From the human T2T-CHM13v2.0 reference genome, Homo sapiens: a DNA stretch of 64,000 nucleotides. The number at the start of each line of letters is the position of its first letter. Position 1 is the first letter of the stretch. Below are positions 12,293 through 24,896 of this stretch, piece after piece. A program made the position numbers and the translations under genes. The notes beneath the pieces were generated by a model that worked only from the letters and a program-made list of their open reading frames with translations, was not told the origin of the DNA and made no database searches. The DNA lies in the NCBI RefSeq assembly GCF_009914755.1, contig NC_060925.1. One strand, written 5' to 3'.

Positions 12293-13384
12293 GTAAACAT
12301 TTTTTTAAAATGTCCCTCTTCAACTTGCCATTGCAGCCTTGGCCCCTAGCCCCCTAGTGTGTGCCATGGAGTATCTTGAAAGCCTGCCTACACCTGTCCT
12401 CCCAGCTTTGCATTCCTTTTGGGTCGTGCAGCTCAAGAGCAAGACTCTGCACTCAACACTGCCATGCCTTAGGAAAACATGTGTTGACCACACATCTCTA
12501 CTCCCACTTCCCTGTGGACTCAACACCCAGTGGTTTCTGCCTGGTGCTGAACAGCTTCTCCCAGGCTCCTAAGGAGCCCCCAGTGGACAGATGTGTGGCT
12601 GTCAGCAGCTGATCAGAAGAGTCCTCTTGTAACACAATTGGGGAGAATAGATTTACTGCCTTTGTAAACATTTCTGATTCCTCCATGAACGTTTGCGAGC
12701 TGGGCGGATGGTGATGACTGATTAGTCGTGTGTGCTGGGCCCCCTGTCCTGGCATGGAAAACACACAGGTGCTGTCCTCCATGCAATTACCCTTCACTGC
12801 TTTCCAGCGGTGACTTATTTCCACCGATAGCGCTCCCCTGGCCGCCTTCCCTCCGGGTGACAGCTCTTCACCGTGTTATGTGGCAGACTTCCTCTGCGCA
12901 TGATAAATAGTCCTCATTTTCTTCCCAACAGTCCCACAACCAATAAAAAGCAATAAAAAGTGAAATGACACACAAATTGCATCCCCAAAGGGCTGTAAAG
13001 GCCCAAGATGTTGCTGCATGCAATGATCAGATGAGATTCTTTGCCTTTAAACAAATAACCCTCATTAACAAAGAGAGATATTCAAATGAGGAGGAGACAG
13101 GGCCTTGGGGGGCCTGGGCAGGGCAAGGAAAGGTGAGTGGGCTGATGCCAGCCCACTTCCAGGTGCTGGAGGCTCCAAGTGCATGTAGAGCAGATCAGGA
13201 CGCTTCTTTGGGATGATGGCAGATGACCCAGAGACACACCTGGCAATTTTGTGCCATAGCAAATGGCCATGTCATTGCTCTGGGTTTTGGGTTAGTGAAA
13301 ATGATATTGCTGCAGCGTTTTAGAAGCCTCAGGAAGCACTGATCTCTGGTTTGTGTGTGCCATAATGATCAGATGTGACTGTCC

Positions 13385-13530
13385 CCTAGAATCTCCCCAG
13401 GAACCTTAACAAGAACAGATGCCCAGATCTTGGGCTTAGCGATTCTGATTCTGTTGCTTTTGGAGGATGCCAGCATCTCTGTTTTTAAAGGGAAGTGCCC
13501 CCAATATGCAACCAGGTTAAGAGCTCTGGG
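13385..13530. mobile_element. MER5-like hAT fragment
   Basis: ACAGATGCCCAG...GATTCTGATTC...GCATCTCTGTTTTTAAAG...ATGCAACCAGGTTAAGAGC. Confidence 0.5.
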
Positions 13531-14835
13531 AAACCCAGGGTCCACACCCAGCATACTGGCAGAGCCTGGTAATGTTCAAAGTTCTCCATTCTCTAAAGTG
13601 ATGGACTATCAGCTCCTCTCCCTCCTGGCACCCTACTCATGGGAACATGCAGGCTTTCCTGATTAACCAGAGAGGAGGAGGAGGGAGGAGAAAGCAGTGA
13701 ATTCTGCCCAACTACCTATACCAGTTTAACTTCCTCCTACCTACTGAGTGCCAGGTACCTGCTCAGTCCCCCTTCACACCAGCCCTGTGTGGCATCACTG
13801 TCCTCTTGGTAAAGATGAGGAATTAGGGCAGCAGCAGGAACCCAGGCTGCTCCCCACCCCTGCAGACCACACCTGGTTTGGAATTGGGGTCAATGATTGG
13901 GTATGAGTGGATGCTGATGGGAGATGCTAGAACAGTCTACAGAGCTGGGCATTTGCAGAGTGAGCAGCCAGGGAGGCTTCCAATGAGAGCCAGGCGTGGA
14001 GGTGGCTCTTGGAGGCTCTCTGTGCACCCATAGGTGGGCTGGCTGGAGGAAATAACATGCTAGAAAGTGTAGTGTTTGAGATAACAGTTAGGAAATACCA
14101 AGTTGACAAGTGGAGTCACCACAGTTGGTTTTAAATGTGAACAATGTCTTGCCTTTACCAATATCTTATCTTTGACAAAACGCTTTTCTAGAGTGAGGGG
14201 CCTGAGTGTGCATTAGCATAGGAGGATCCCTACTTCACCTCTAATCTTTCAGAGGGAAAAGAGTACGGTAGGCTTTTGAGCTATAGGACACACATCAGCC
14301 CCAAGCAAGCACCGAAAAGAGCAGGTGTGGTTGCCACCTCTGGTGTGCCCCGCCCTCTCTGGGACGCTCATTTTCCTTCTGTGAGCTGCAAGCAGGGTCC
14401 ATTGTCCTGGGTTTGGAGATGGCTGCATTTGCACCATTAGAGGTGGTCTTGCCTGGAGTCCTTTGCTCGCACCCACACTGGCACTTATGGCTGCATCTCC
14501 TGCCTGCCAGACAAGTCTATCATCCCCAGGAGGCACAGAATCATCACTCACTGTCACCCCAGCAGGGCCCCAAGGGGCCAAACAGGCAGGGGCCTCTAAG
14601 CAGAACCAGGGAAACCCAACACATGTTGGTGAAAGGCAGATCCTAAAAGTAACCCCAGAGAGACTTTGGCTGCCAGCTGCTTCCGAGGGAGTCATGGTCG
14701 TGCCTTCTGACCTGTCCAGGCCCCAGGATCAGTTGAGCCAGACGCCCAGCATTACGGTGACTCTGACAGCAAATCCACGTAATTCCCTAGGCCAGGAGAG
14801 AGACAGGAATATTTTGAAATTCCAAGCAGGGTTGA

Positions 14836-15156
<321 letters not shown>

Positions 15157-18002
15157 TTGGTATTTCAGCTGACAAGGATCCCGCTTAACCAGGGTCCCTG
15201 GAACCCAGGCATCGGGTTGAGTGAGGTTTTACTCCCCACGGGCCAGAGAGAGAAGCCAGGGAAGACTAGAGTCCAGCAAGCATCACGTGGCCTCACTGGT
15301 GTGTTGAACACTTGGCAGTCACTAATATTTCAGCCTTAATCATGAAAGCTGGACTTTTAGATGGGTATCAGGCCACCTGGGGTGTCCTAGCTGAGAACAT
15401 GAAAACAGATGTGAGGACCGTGAGGACAAAACAAGGCTGAAACAGTGAAAACGTCTGACACCAGTGAGGGCTATGGTCGAGTCACGCCACTTTCATCTGG
15501 GTGACTTTAAAGTTCCCCTTTAACAGGACCGTAGACGGCAGGGATTCCACCGTGCGTAGTGTGGATGCGCCAAAATCGGGATGCCGCTGGCGGGCGTCAG
15601 CAATGGGTTAGGCTATTTCTGGTGCAGACCAGCTGGTTCTCCCAGCCTACCCCTGTGACGTGGGCTCTGCTACCTTCCCTGTCAACATCATCAGCGGAGG
15701 CTTTGTATAATTTACTCATTCATTCAGTAAGCATTTACATATCTCGGTAACATTTCCTCATTGGATTTAAATTGCTGGAGATTGTTGTCTCCGTTGGTGG
15801 GCCCGTAAGGAGACTAAAACAGACTCTGTCCCATTTTACGGCTAGTGGGCAGAATGGGAGGAGGCCACCCATCCACAACAGGGAGAGAAGTGGGCTGTTT
15901 ACGGAGTCATTATGATGAGCCCTGCACAGTGGCAGGCAGGTGCCCTGCGGTTTTGAATGTTTTGCTCCACCCTGTCGGGTGGGTGTTATTTCTTCCCATG
16001 GCAGGTGGAGATATGGAGATGGGAAAGGTGGAGCAATCTGCCCAGTCAGGACTCTGACTTTGCTCCCTTTCTTCCCATATATGAGGTTGCCCCTGTGCTA
16101 CACACACACACACTGTAGACAGGAAACACCCTATGGGTGCTGTAGGAATGCTGGCAGAGCCCAAAGAGCTCACCTGTAGATCAGCACAGCCTGGAGATAA
16201 GGCACAGTTAGGGCATGAGCTGGCTCGGAGAGGATGGGCAGGGTTCAGACAGCAGAAGAGACATTTCTGCTGTCCAAGCATCAGGCACCTTGCCATTCTG
16301 TCCACAATGGGAAGGCCGGAAGGGAATTGCCGAGCAGGAAGAGAATCGCGTTCTCATTGTAGCCAGAATGGCAAGACTCAAAAGAGAGTTGGGAGAATGT
16401 GGGCCATCATTACAGAATGGCACGTGGCCTGGAGTCCACCTCGCATGCAGGGAAAGAGCAGAGAGCAAGATACAGAGCCCTCGGGGTCATTCTGCACAGT
16501 TCAGGTGCCCTTTGGGGAGCCTGTGTCCTGGAGAGGGCAGATCACCGTGCATGCATCCATGCTGTACAGGTTTATAAGATCCAGACATGGCTCTTCTGCA
16601 GAGGCACCAGCCCCTGAGGTGGCTGAGACCCCAGGTCCCAATTCCTGCTGCTGTGCCCTTTGCTTGATAGATCACTCTCCACAGAGCTTCCCACGGAACC
16701 CACCGTCTCGCCTCACCCAGGACTTCACACTTGCTCTTCCTCCTTCCCAGAATGTTCTTTCCCTGAATCTTAACACAGCTGGCACCTCTCATCTTTCCCC
16801 TCCTCAGACAGGACTGGCCTGCCCACCCCCACCTAAGGCACGTACTTTGTGTCACAACAGCCTTTTTAAGTTTACCTGTGTCTCATCTAATAATCATCTC
16901 ACTATTGTTTTAACTTGTATTCCTGGATGCCTGGGGATGCTGCCCAGCCATGCATGTGTTTATTGGCTGCCTGGAACTCCTCCACCGTGGCTTGCCTGTT
17001 GACAGTCTTTGCCCGTTTTAATGTTGGGTTGTCTTTTTCTTATGATTTGTAGAATTTCTTCATGCATTATGAAAAGTATTACTATATCTTATAATCACCA
17101 GTCTCCTCCCCTAATAGTTATTTCTTTTATTTATGATGCCTTTTGTCTGTGGTCACCAGCCATACAGAAGTTATAGTTAGATACAGTCAACTGTGATAAC
17201 CTTTTCCCATGTGATTTCTGCTTTGGTCTTGTTTAAGAAATCCTTTCTGATGTGGTATGCTGAAGGTGGCCTATCATTTCTTCCGATGTGGTATGCTGAA
17301 GGTTTATTTTCCATGTTTGGTTTCAAATTCACTTAGGGCTTATTTCTGTACATGAGGTAAGCATCTATTGTATTTTCTTTCCATATGGCTGGACATTTGT
17401 CCCTGCACAATTTATTGAATGGTCCCACAGATTTGTAATGCCTTCCATATCAGTTAGGATAAAGATCTACTGTGAGAAACACAAAGCCCCAAGATAAATG
17501 GCTGAAACTAGATAGAAGTGTATTTCTCGCTCATGTGTGAATCTGGGGCAGCCTTTCTTGGGCCAGTCTGCTGGCTCTGCCAGGAATCCAAGCTCCTTAA
17601 TTCCTAGGGCATGACTGGAACCTTCATGGTCCAAGATGAAGTTCTCACCAACCCCTGAGTTTCCAGGTAGCATCATGGAGAGAAAGAGGGAAGGAGGGTC
17701 AAGGACAGGTATCAGCTGTATGTATTCTAAGCCACCGTCCAGCATTTCTACTTCTTCTTTTAGCCAGACTTTTTTTTTTTGCAAAGGATTTGGAAATTCT
17801 AAGTAGCCCATTCTCAGACTTAGAGTGGACATCCAGCAGTCTCTACCACATCTTCCGTATCTTATGCCAAAGTTATATATATGCAAATATATATTTCTGG
17901 ATTTTTAATTCTGTTCTGCATATCTAGTTGCCTATTCAAATACGATAGCCCTTAATTACCATGGATACATCTTGACAGATAGAGCAATCTATCTATAGAC
18001 AG

Positions 18003-18388
18003 TGATGTGTCTTGGATATTTGTCCCACCCAAATCTTATGTTGAAATGTAACCCCCAATGTTGGAGATGGGGCCTGGTGGGAGGTGTTTGGGTCACGGGG
18101 GCGGATCCCTTATGGCTTGATGAGTTCTTTGAGATCTGGTTATTTAAAAGTATGTGGTACCTCCCCCTACCTCACTCTCTTGCTCTCTCCCTTGCCACGT
18201 GAGACGCCTGCTTCCCTTCGCCTTCTGCCATGATGAAAGCTTCTTGAGGCCTCCGCAGAAGCCGAGCAGATGCCAGCACCATGCTTCCTGTAAAGCCTGC
18301 AGAACCATGAGCCAATTAAACTTCTTTTCTTTATAAATTACCCAGCCTCAAGTATTTCTTTATAGCAGAGCAAGAATGACCTAACATA
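18003..18388 (+). mobile_element. MaLR solo LTR, MSTB-like
   Basis: CCCACCCAAATCTTATGTTGAAATGTAACCCCCAATGTTGG...TATTTCTTTATAGCAG; 5-bp TSD GACAG/GATAG. Confidence 0.9.
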
Positions 18389-19230
18389 GATAGAATGGTG
18401 GAGATGAGCATCTACCACTTTCTGTCTTCCCCCCCGCATCTTCCTGGTTCTTCTTTTCCTCTTCCATATGAATTTTAGTGAGAATTGGTGTATCAAGTAC
18501 GACAGCACTTTTGATTGTGAATTTTATTGAATTTCATTGAAATTATAGATACATTTGGGGAAGTATTGACTTATTTATGGTATTACCCCTTCTACCTATG
18601 AAGACAGTAAATCACTCCATTTATTCAGTCTTCTTTTATGTCCTTCAATAATATTTTATAACTCTCTTTTCTAGCTCATCTTTCCTTAGATTTATTCCTG
18701 GGTAACTTACAGTTTTTGTGGTTTGGGTAAATCTTTTTTTTTTTTTCTATTACACTTTTGGACGGGCTTTTCTTAACATACAGAACGACTTCTGATTTTT
18801 GTATATTGATTTTGAATCTAGATTCACTTACTAGTTTTAATAGGTAGTAGAATGTCTTTGGAATTTCTCTGTTGACAGTCTATTCATCTGCAAACCACGT
18901 CATTTTGCCTTTTTATCCCAATCCACATTCTGTCAGTTCTGTTCCTTACATTGAATTGGCCAGCACCCGCAGAAAAGTATCAGGAAGGCACTATGATAGC
19001 AGTATTCTAGAAAGTTCCTGATGTCCTTATCGTTTCGTGACTCTAAAGTTTCGTCATGAAACTCAGTGTTTGCTTTTTCTCCTTCTCCTCAGCACCTTTT
19101 CCCCTCCCCTTCCTCCTCCTCTTCCTTTTGTGTTACTCTTTATCAAATAAAGGATGTCTTTGTCTTTTCTCTCTCGTTTCGGATTTCCTAGGAGGTTTCT
19201 GGTTTGTCAGCATTCTGTTTTGTTTGCTTC

Positions 19231-19946
19231 TCTTACCGGCCGCAAATCTGTACAGTTCTGCAGCAACCTCAATTCTTGCCTCCTCAGAAGAAAGAATTCG
19301 ACTGAGGGGCATAAGGCAGAGGGAGAAACTGAGGCAAGTTTTAGAGCAGGAGTGAAAGTTTATTCAAAAGCTTTAGAGCAGGAATGAAAGGAAGGAACGT
19401 ACACTTGGAAGAAGGCCAAGCGGGTGACTTGAAAGATCAAGTGCGTGGTCTGACGTTTTGACTTGGGGTTTTGTACGTCAGCATGTGTCCAGGGTCTTGC
19501 GTCCTTTCTTCCCTGACTCTTCCCTTGGAGTGGGCTGTGCACATGCGCAGTGCTCTGCCAGCGCTCGGGAGAGGAGCATGCGCAGTGTGTTTACTGGAGT
19601 TGTGCGCATGCTTGCTTGAGGCATTTTTCTCTTAACCAGCGCAATGTACTTAGGAGGTCATGCGCCGGTTAAACTCTGCCATTATGCCTCTTACTGGGCA
19701 TGCTTGAGCCCACGGGCCCAACTCCTGAGATCCCATTCGGAAGCTGCTGATCACCAGTTTCAAGTGTTTCTGTTTATTGGGAGACTGCCTTCCTCTGGCA
19801 CTGGCAGTGACCAATTATTATTTTAGAGAGACTGTTAACGGCCTGACCATCACCTGATGAATATCAGGAATGTGGCCTGACATTCCTGGTGTGTGTGGTG
19901 TGGGGTACGAGGGGAGCTCTCTCCTACGCTGCTCATGTCTGACTAG
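19231..19946 (-). mobile_element. ERV1 LTR, MER50-like
   Basis: CTGCAGCAACCTCAATTCTTGCCTCCTCAGAAGAAAGAATTCGACTGAGGGGCATAAGG; CCTGACCATCACCTGATG; GCTCATGTCTGACTAG. Confidence 0.75.
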
Positions 19947-21432
19947 TTGGATTCTGCAGAGTGGAAGTGGGAAACTCCTTCTGACCCTGGCCACCTGTCT
20001 CCATGTGAAGGCAGATCCATTTGAGTGACAGTCCGAGGCAATACCTCAACTGCCTCTCACTTCCCAAGACAAATAAACCCACTTGACCTTGATGTGCTTT
20101 TTGTGAATACATTGTGAGATTGGACTTTCGGATATTTTATTTAGAATTTCTGCGTCTATATTCTTTGGGAGGTAGGCCTATAATTTTCATTTCTCATCAT
20201 GTCCTTGCTCAGTTCTGATATCAAATTATACTGGCATCAGAAAATGAGTCAGGTATTTTATTTGCTTCATCTATTCTGGAACAATTTGTATAAGAAGACA
20301 ATTTTCTGTTTCTTGAGGCTGTTGTGAAACTCTCCTTGAAAAATCACCATAATCTAGTGTCTGAATAATTTTTATAAATTTTATCTAAAAACCATTTCTT
20401 CTAGGTGTTCAAATTTATTGTCAAAAAGTTGTTCATGATAGTCCTATGATTTTTAACCTTCCTTTTGCATCTCTTTTTATGCTCCTAGTGATGCCTTGTG
20501 CCTGCTTTTTTCACCATGATCTGTCCACTCAGTTGACTATTTTTCTTTCATTAGTTTCCAAAGAAATATCTTTGGTTTTATCAATCAGCCATATTTTGTT
20601 TGCCTTTTCTGTTTTCTTAATTTCTGCTCTTATCTACTGTTGATTTTCTTCTCCTTCTTATAGGCTTACTCTCTCTTATTTTAGTAGGTTCTCGAATTGA
20701 ATGATTAGCTCATTTATTTTATAACATTTTTAAATGCATTAAAAGCTATAAATTTACTTAAAGAATTGCTTTAGCTATGTCTTATGAGTTCTGACATAAA
20801 GTGGGATTTCTTTCAATCAATTCTAAATATTTTGTTATTGTTACTATGATTTTTCTTTAATCTGTGAATTATGTTATATGTAGTTTTAGTACATCTTTCT
20901 ATACATATTTGTAATAAGTGTTTGTCTGCTTTTAGCATTACTCTTTTAAATGGCATATAGAAGGATTTTTAAGTTATCTAATTAGTCTCTGTCCGTGATA
21001 GGTAATATTGTCACATTTATTGTAAGTATTGGTATATTTATTTCTGTCTATTTTTGTTTTTTATAGATACTAGCTTCTATTTTCTCTATGTCTTGACTTG
21101 TTGTTTTTGATACAGCTTTTCTTATATCTTTTTTCCCACCAATTTGGAAGTTATTATAGTATATCTCTCCACATATTTTAGCTGGTAAACTTAAGTTGTT
21201 AACATAATAACTGTCTATTTTTCTAACAAAGTCTAAAGTTATTTGACGTTTCCCTCCTTTTCCAGTTTTCCTCACCGTACATTCTTGTTTTACATTTTAA
21301 TTCAATACTCTTAAATACAAATTTCCAATTAGTGGTTAAACGCATTCAGCAAAATACTTTTATTATTATTTTTTTGCTCAGTATTATCTTTAGCAGACCA
21401 CTCCTTCCCCTTTGGTTCACTTTTCTTCTTGT

Positions 21433-21492
21433 TGGAATATATCCCTCAGTAGCTTTCTCTGCTGGAATATATCCCTCAGTAGCTTTCTCTGC
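21433..21492. repeat. Perfect 30-bp tandem duplication
   Basis: TGGAATATATCCCTCAGTAGCTTTCTCTGC x2, no mismatches. Confidence 0.97.
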
Positions 21493-22123
21493 AACCATCT
21501 GAGGGTGGTAAATCATGTTTTCTTCTAGTCCATATTTTAAAAATATCTTGGCCTCTTTTGCCCTCACTCTTGAACAATGGTTTCACAGGGTGCATCAAAT
21601 ATGGCATTTGCAGTTAGTTTTCTTGACAGTCTGAGGCTATTTATTCATTGTCTTCTAGCATCTACTGTCACTGAGGAGACATTTGTTGCCAGTCTCATGG
21701 TCTTTCTTTTGTCATGATATCTCTTTTCTTTTTGGTACCTCTAAATATTTTATTTCATCTTTCTGCACTGCAACAATGTTTCATCATAATTCATGTATAC
21801 TTATATATATATACATTCATGTATATATTTATCCTGCTCAGCACTCCAAGTGTTTCATTAGCTGAAATTTCCTGCTTTTTCATTGAATCTAGAAAATTTC
21901 TAGCCATGCTTACTTCAAATATTGTTTATTTGCCATTCCCCTTGTTTTCTCCTTCCTGTGTGGCAGAATCTCAATTTCTTTTCCATATCTCTTAACTTAT
22001 CTCTCATAAGATAAGATTTTTTCTCCGTCTGCTGCATTTAGAAGGAGCTTCACAACACTATCTTCCAGTTCACAAATCTTTCTCTGACCAGGTTCATATC
22101 CATTTGTAATTTTAAAAAGTTCC

Positions 22124-22447
22124 AGCCTGGGTGCAGTGGCTCATGCCTGCAATCCCAGCACTTTGGGAGGTCGAGATGTGTGGATCACTTGAATCCAGGA
22201 GTTTGAGACAAACCTGGGAAACATGGAAAAATCCCGTCTCTACAAAAAATACAAAAATTAGCTGGTTGCAGTGGCACACACCTGTAGTCCCAGTTACTGG
22301 GGAGGCTGAGGTGGGAGCATCACCTGAGCCTGGGAGGTTGAGGCTGTAGTGAACTGTGATCACACCCCTGCACTCCAGCCACCTGGATGACAGAGTGAGA
22401 CCCTGTGTCAAAACAATAAATAAATAAATATATAAATAAATAAATAA
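22124..22447 (+). mobile_element. Alu (AluJ-like) with (TAAA)n tail
   Basis: GCCTGGGTGCAGTGGCTCATGCCTGCAATCCCAGCACTTTGGGAGG...GAGGTTGAGGCTGTAGTG. Confidence 0.94.
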
Positions 22448-24598
22448 TGACTGTATGTTTTACTTCCAGAATCTTGAACTGAGCTTTGAAAAGTGATCTG
22501 TTTTTAATTCATATCCAATCATAATCTTTCCTTATTTTTCATATATTTCTTTCTTTACATCTTTGAGACCTTTAGATCTTTGAGACCATAGGGTATTCTA
22601 TAGACATCTCGAGGTTTCCTGTTGTTTGCATTTCACTGGTGATGAATGTCTTAACTGATAATTGTCGCTTTAGTGTGTAAATCTTCTTCATGATGTTCAG
22701 AACCTTCTATTGAGTGGGTCTCTCTCTCCCTTCTGCCCTCCACCCAACCCCATTTGGTGGTTTCCCAGGTGCTTTTTCTCTGCCCCTGAGAATCCTGGTC
22801 AGAACCACATTGTATTGGAGGCCCCTGCTCCTGCCTGTCAAGATCCTGGGGAGAGCACAGGTGCAGTCACAGGGCAATTGGCAGCTTAGCCCAAGTCTGG
22901 ACCACGTGACTGCTCTGCTTCCATTGGGACCGGCTCTCCCCGGCCTCCTTTCACTCGCTCCAGGTTTCATACATGAATCTGGCTGGGGTCTCCTGCCATG
23001 TGGGGTGCCTGGGTCCCTGTCATTTTCAGGAGCCAGATCCCTGCCACTTCCAATAGACTCTTGCCCTGGAGCCCTGCATGTCCACAGCTCTGCCTCCTCC
23101 TAACAATTGCCTCTATTGCAGGTACACGGAGCGCCTTCTTTTCGTTTAGAGCATTGGTAAGTACCTAAGTATAAATTCGATTGACCTTTGCTGTGTTGGA
23201 GAAGAGAGGACAGTTCCAAGTTTGAACTCAGTTGCAAAGTTTCCTAGCAGTCCAGCCCCACATCCCCCCAGGGCTTGGCTCACTGGAGATGTCTCTGAGT
23301 AGGAATGAACAAAGCAGAGTCGGTTCCTCCAATCTCATGTATTTTAGTATTTTAGGGTACTAAGAGTCTTCTCCCTCTGAAGTTATAGAGAGGGAGCTTT
23401 CCAGTGCAAGGAAGACCCAGGGCACAGTCTGTTCCTGTAACCCCAAGGCCACCAGGAGTCTACAACCAGGCTCCTTATCCAGTGGGGGGAGTGGAGCCTG
23501 CAGGAGAAGAAGGCAGGACCCATCAGAGGCCTGATGGAAACAGGGTCCCCAGCACAGCTGTGTGGGGGGCAAAAGCCATGAAGGGAGATAGTGAGGCTGC
23601 TCTTGGGTGGGCTGGTGATGCCATCTTTCCTAATGAGATGTTAAATGAAGTTATGGCAGACACAGACTCCACTGATTTGGGAAAAGATGATCAATGAATT
23701 CCCATCTTCAAGTGCACTTATTAGCTGCTGCCTGACATGACAGACTGAAAAACTTAGAGATGAAATTAGTGGTGTTGGTGTGTCATGACCCAGCTCAGTC
23801 TGAGTGGATATGCGTGTGTGTGTGTGTGTGTGAAAGAGAGAGAGCGAGCATTTTCTTAAATAACTAAAATTCTCTCGCAGGTGTCTCCACATTAGAAGCA
23901 TCCTATGTAGCTGTTCTGCTTGCAGCTGCCCAAGTCTGCCTGGGCCTCCTGCATGAGGTCATGAGTCTTAATAAAGCCACTGACCCACACATTTGGAATC
24001 GTACTGACTTTTCACAACTAACAGCCAACACATTGCCAAGAAGCAATTCAATTGTTGAGGATATCACATCATGCCAGGGAAAGAGAGATGGAATTCAGAA
24101 AGCCTGGGATATTGCAGGTAATTACTAAAGCGTGTAGTTTATAGATCAATTTGCTCCATCTACTCAAATCCAAATAGTCTAGGACCTCAACTGCATGAAA
24201 ATCTCTGTAAATATTTGTGTTAAAAGCCCCTTGGTAAACATTCCCTGTGGTGCATTTGGAGCCCAGGCAATAAAAGATGTTTTGTTTCAGTGCCTTCTTC
24301 CCACGATTTTAAAAGGAAATGGGAGAACTGTGCAGTCACACTGACATCCCGCATCCACGCGGAATCTGCTCAGCCACGGTGGAGCATCCATTGGTGCACC
24401 GAGGGGGATGGCAGGGGCCCCAACACACAACACGATTTATATCAAAGCAAGGAGTGGCCAAGTTTTCTCTTTCTAAAAATTCGGTTGCTTTAATTTCATG
24501 TTTAATGTGGCACAGACCCTATCCTATAAAGAGGGCGTGAACAATTGAGCAGCGTTAGACTGCACTGAGGTGATAACATTGATTAAACAAAAACGGTA

Positions 24599-24896
24599 CC
24601 TGTAATCCCAGCACTTTGGGAGGCCAAGGAGGGTGGATCACAGGAGGTCAGGAGTTCAAGACCATCCTGGGCAATTTGGGGAAAACCCGTCTCTATGAAA
24701 AATAGAAAAATTAGCTGGATGTGGTGGTGTATGCTTGTAATCCTAGCTGCTTGGGAGGCTGAGGCTGGAGTATCACTTAAACCTGGGAGACAGATGTTTC
24801 AGTGAGCCAAGATCACGCCACTGAACTCTAGCCTGGGTGTCAGAGCAAGACTTGGTCTCAAAAACAAGTTAAAAAAATTAAAAAAATAAATAAAAA
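24599..24896 (+). mobile_element. Alu (AluS-like), 5'-truncated by ~20 nt
   Basis: Starts at CCTGTAATCCCAGCACTTTGGGAGG; A-rich tail. Confidence 0.93.

Larger units (their letters stand above)
17000..22110 (-). mobile_element. Long, highly degraded antisense L1M (L1ME-like) remnant interrupted by MaLR and ERV LTRs
   Basis: T-rich antisense L1 motifs (TTTGCCCGTTTTAATGTTGGGTTGTCTTTTTCTTATGATTTGTAG; CTGATTTTTGTATATTGATTTTG; AAAGCTATAAATTT); boundaries approximate. Confidence 0.7.

Noticed and set aside
12941-12960. Tandem CAATAAAAAG x2 as a poly(A) signal
   Set aside because: No GU/U-rich downstream element and no identifiable terminal exon; explained by a 10-bp duplication
16133-17002. Longest ORF (289 aa, + strand)
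   Set aside because: No recognisable domain; Ser/Pro/Cys/Arg-rich composition typical of GC-rich non-coding frames; overlapping ORFs in other frames; no promoter or poly(A) context
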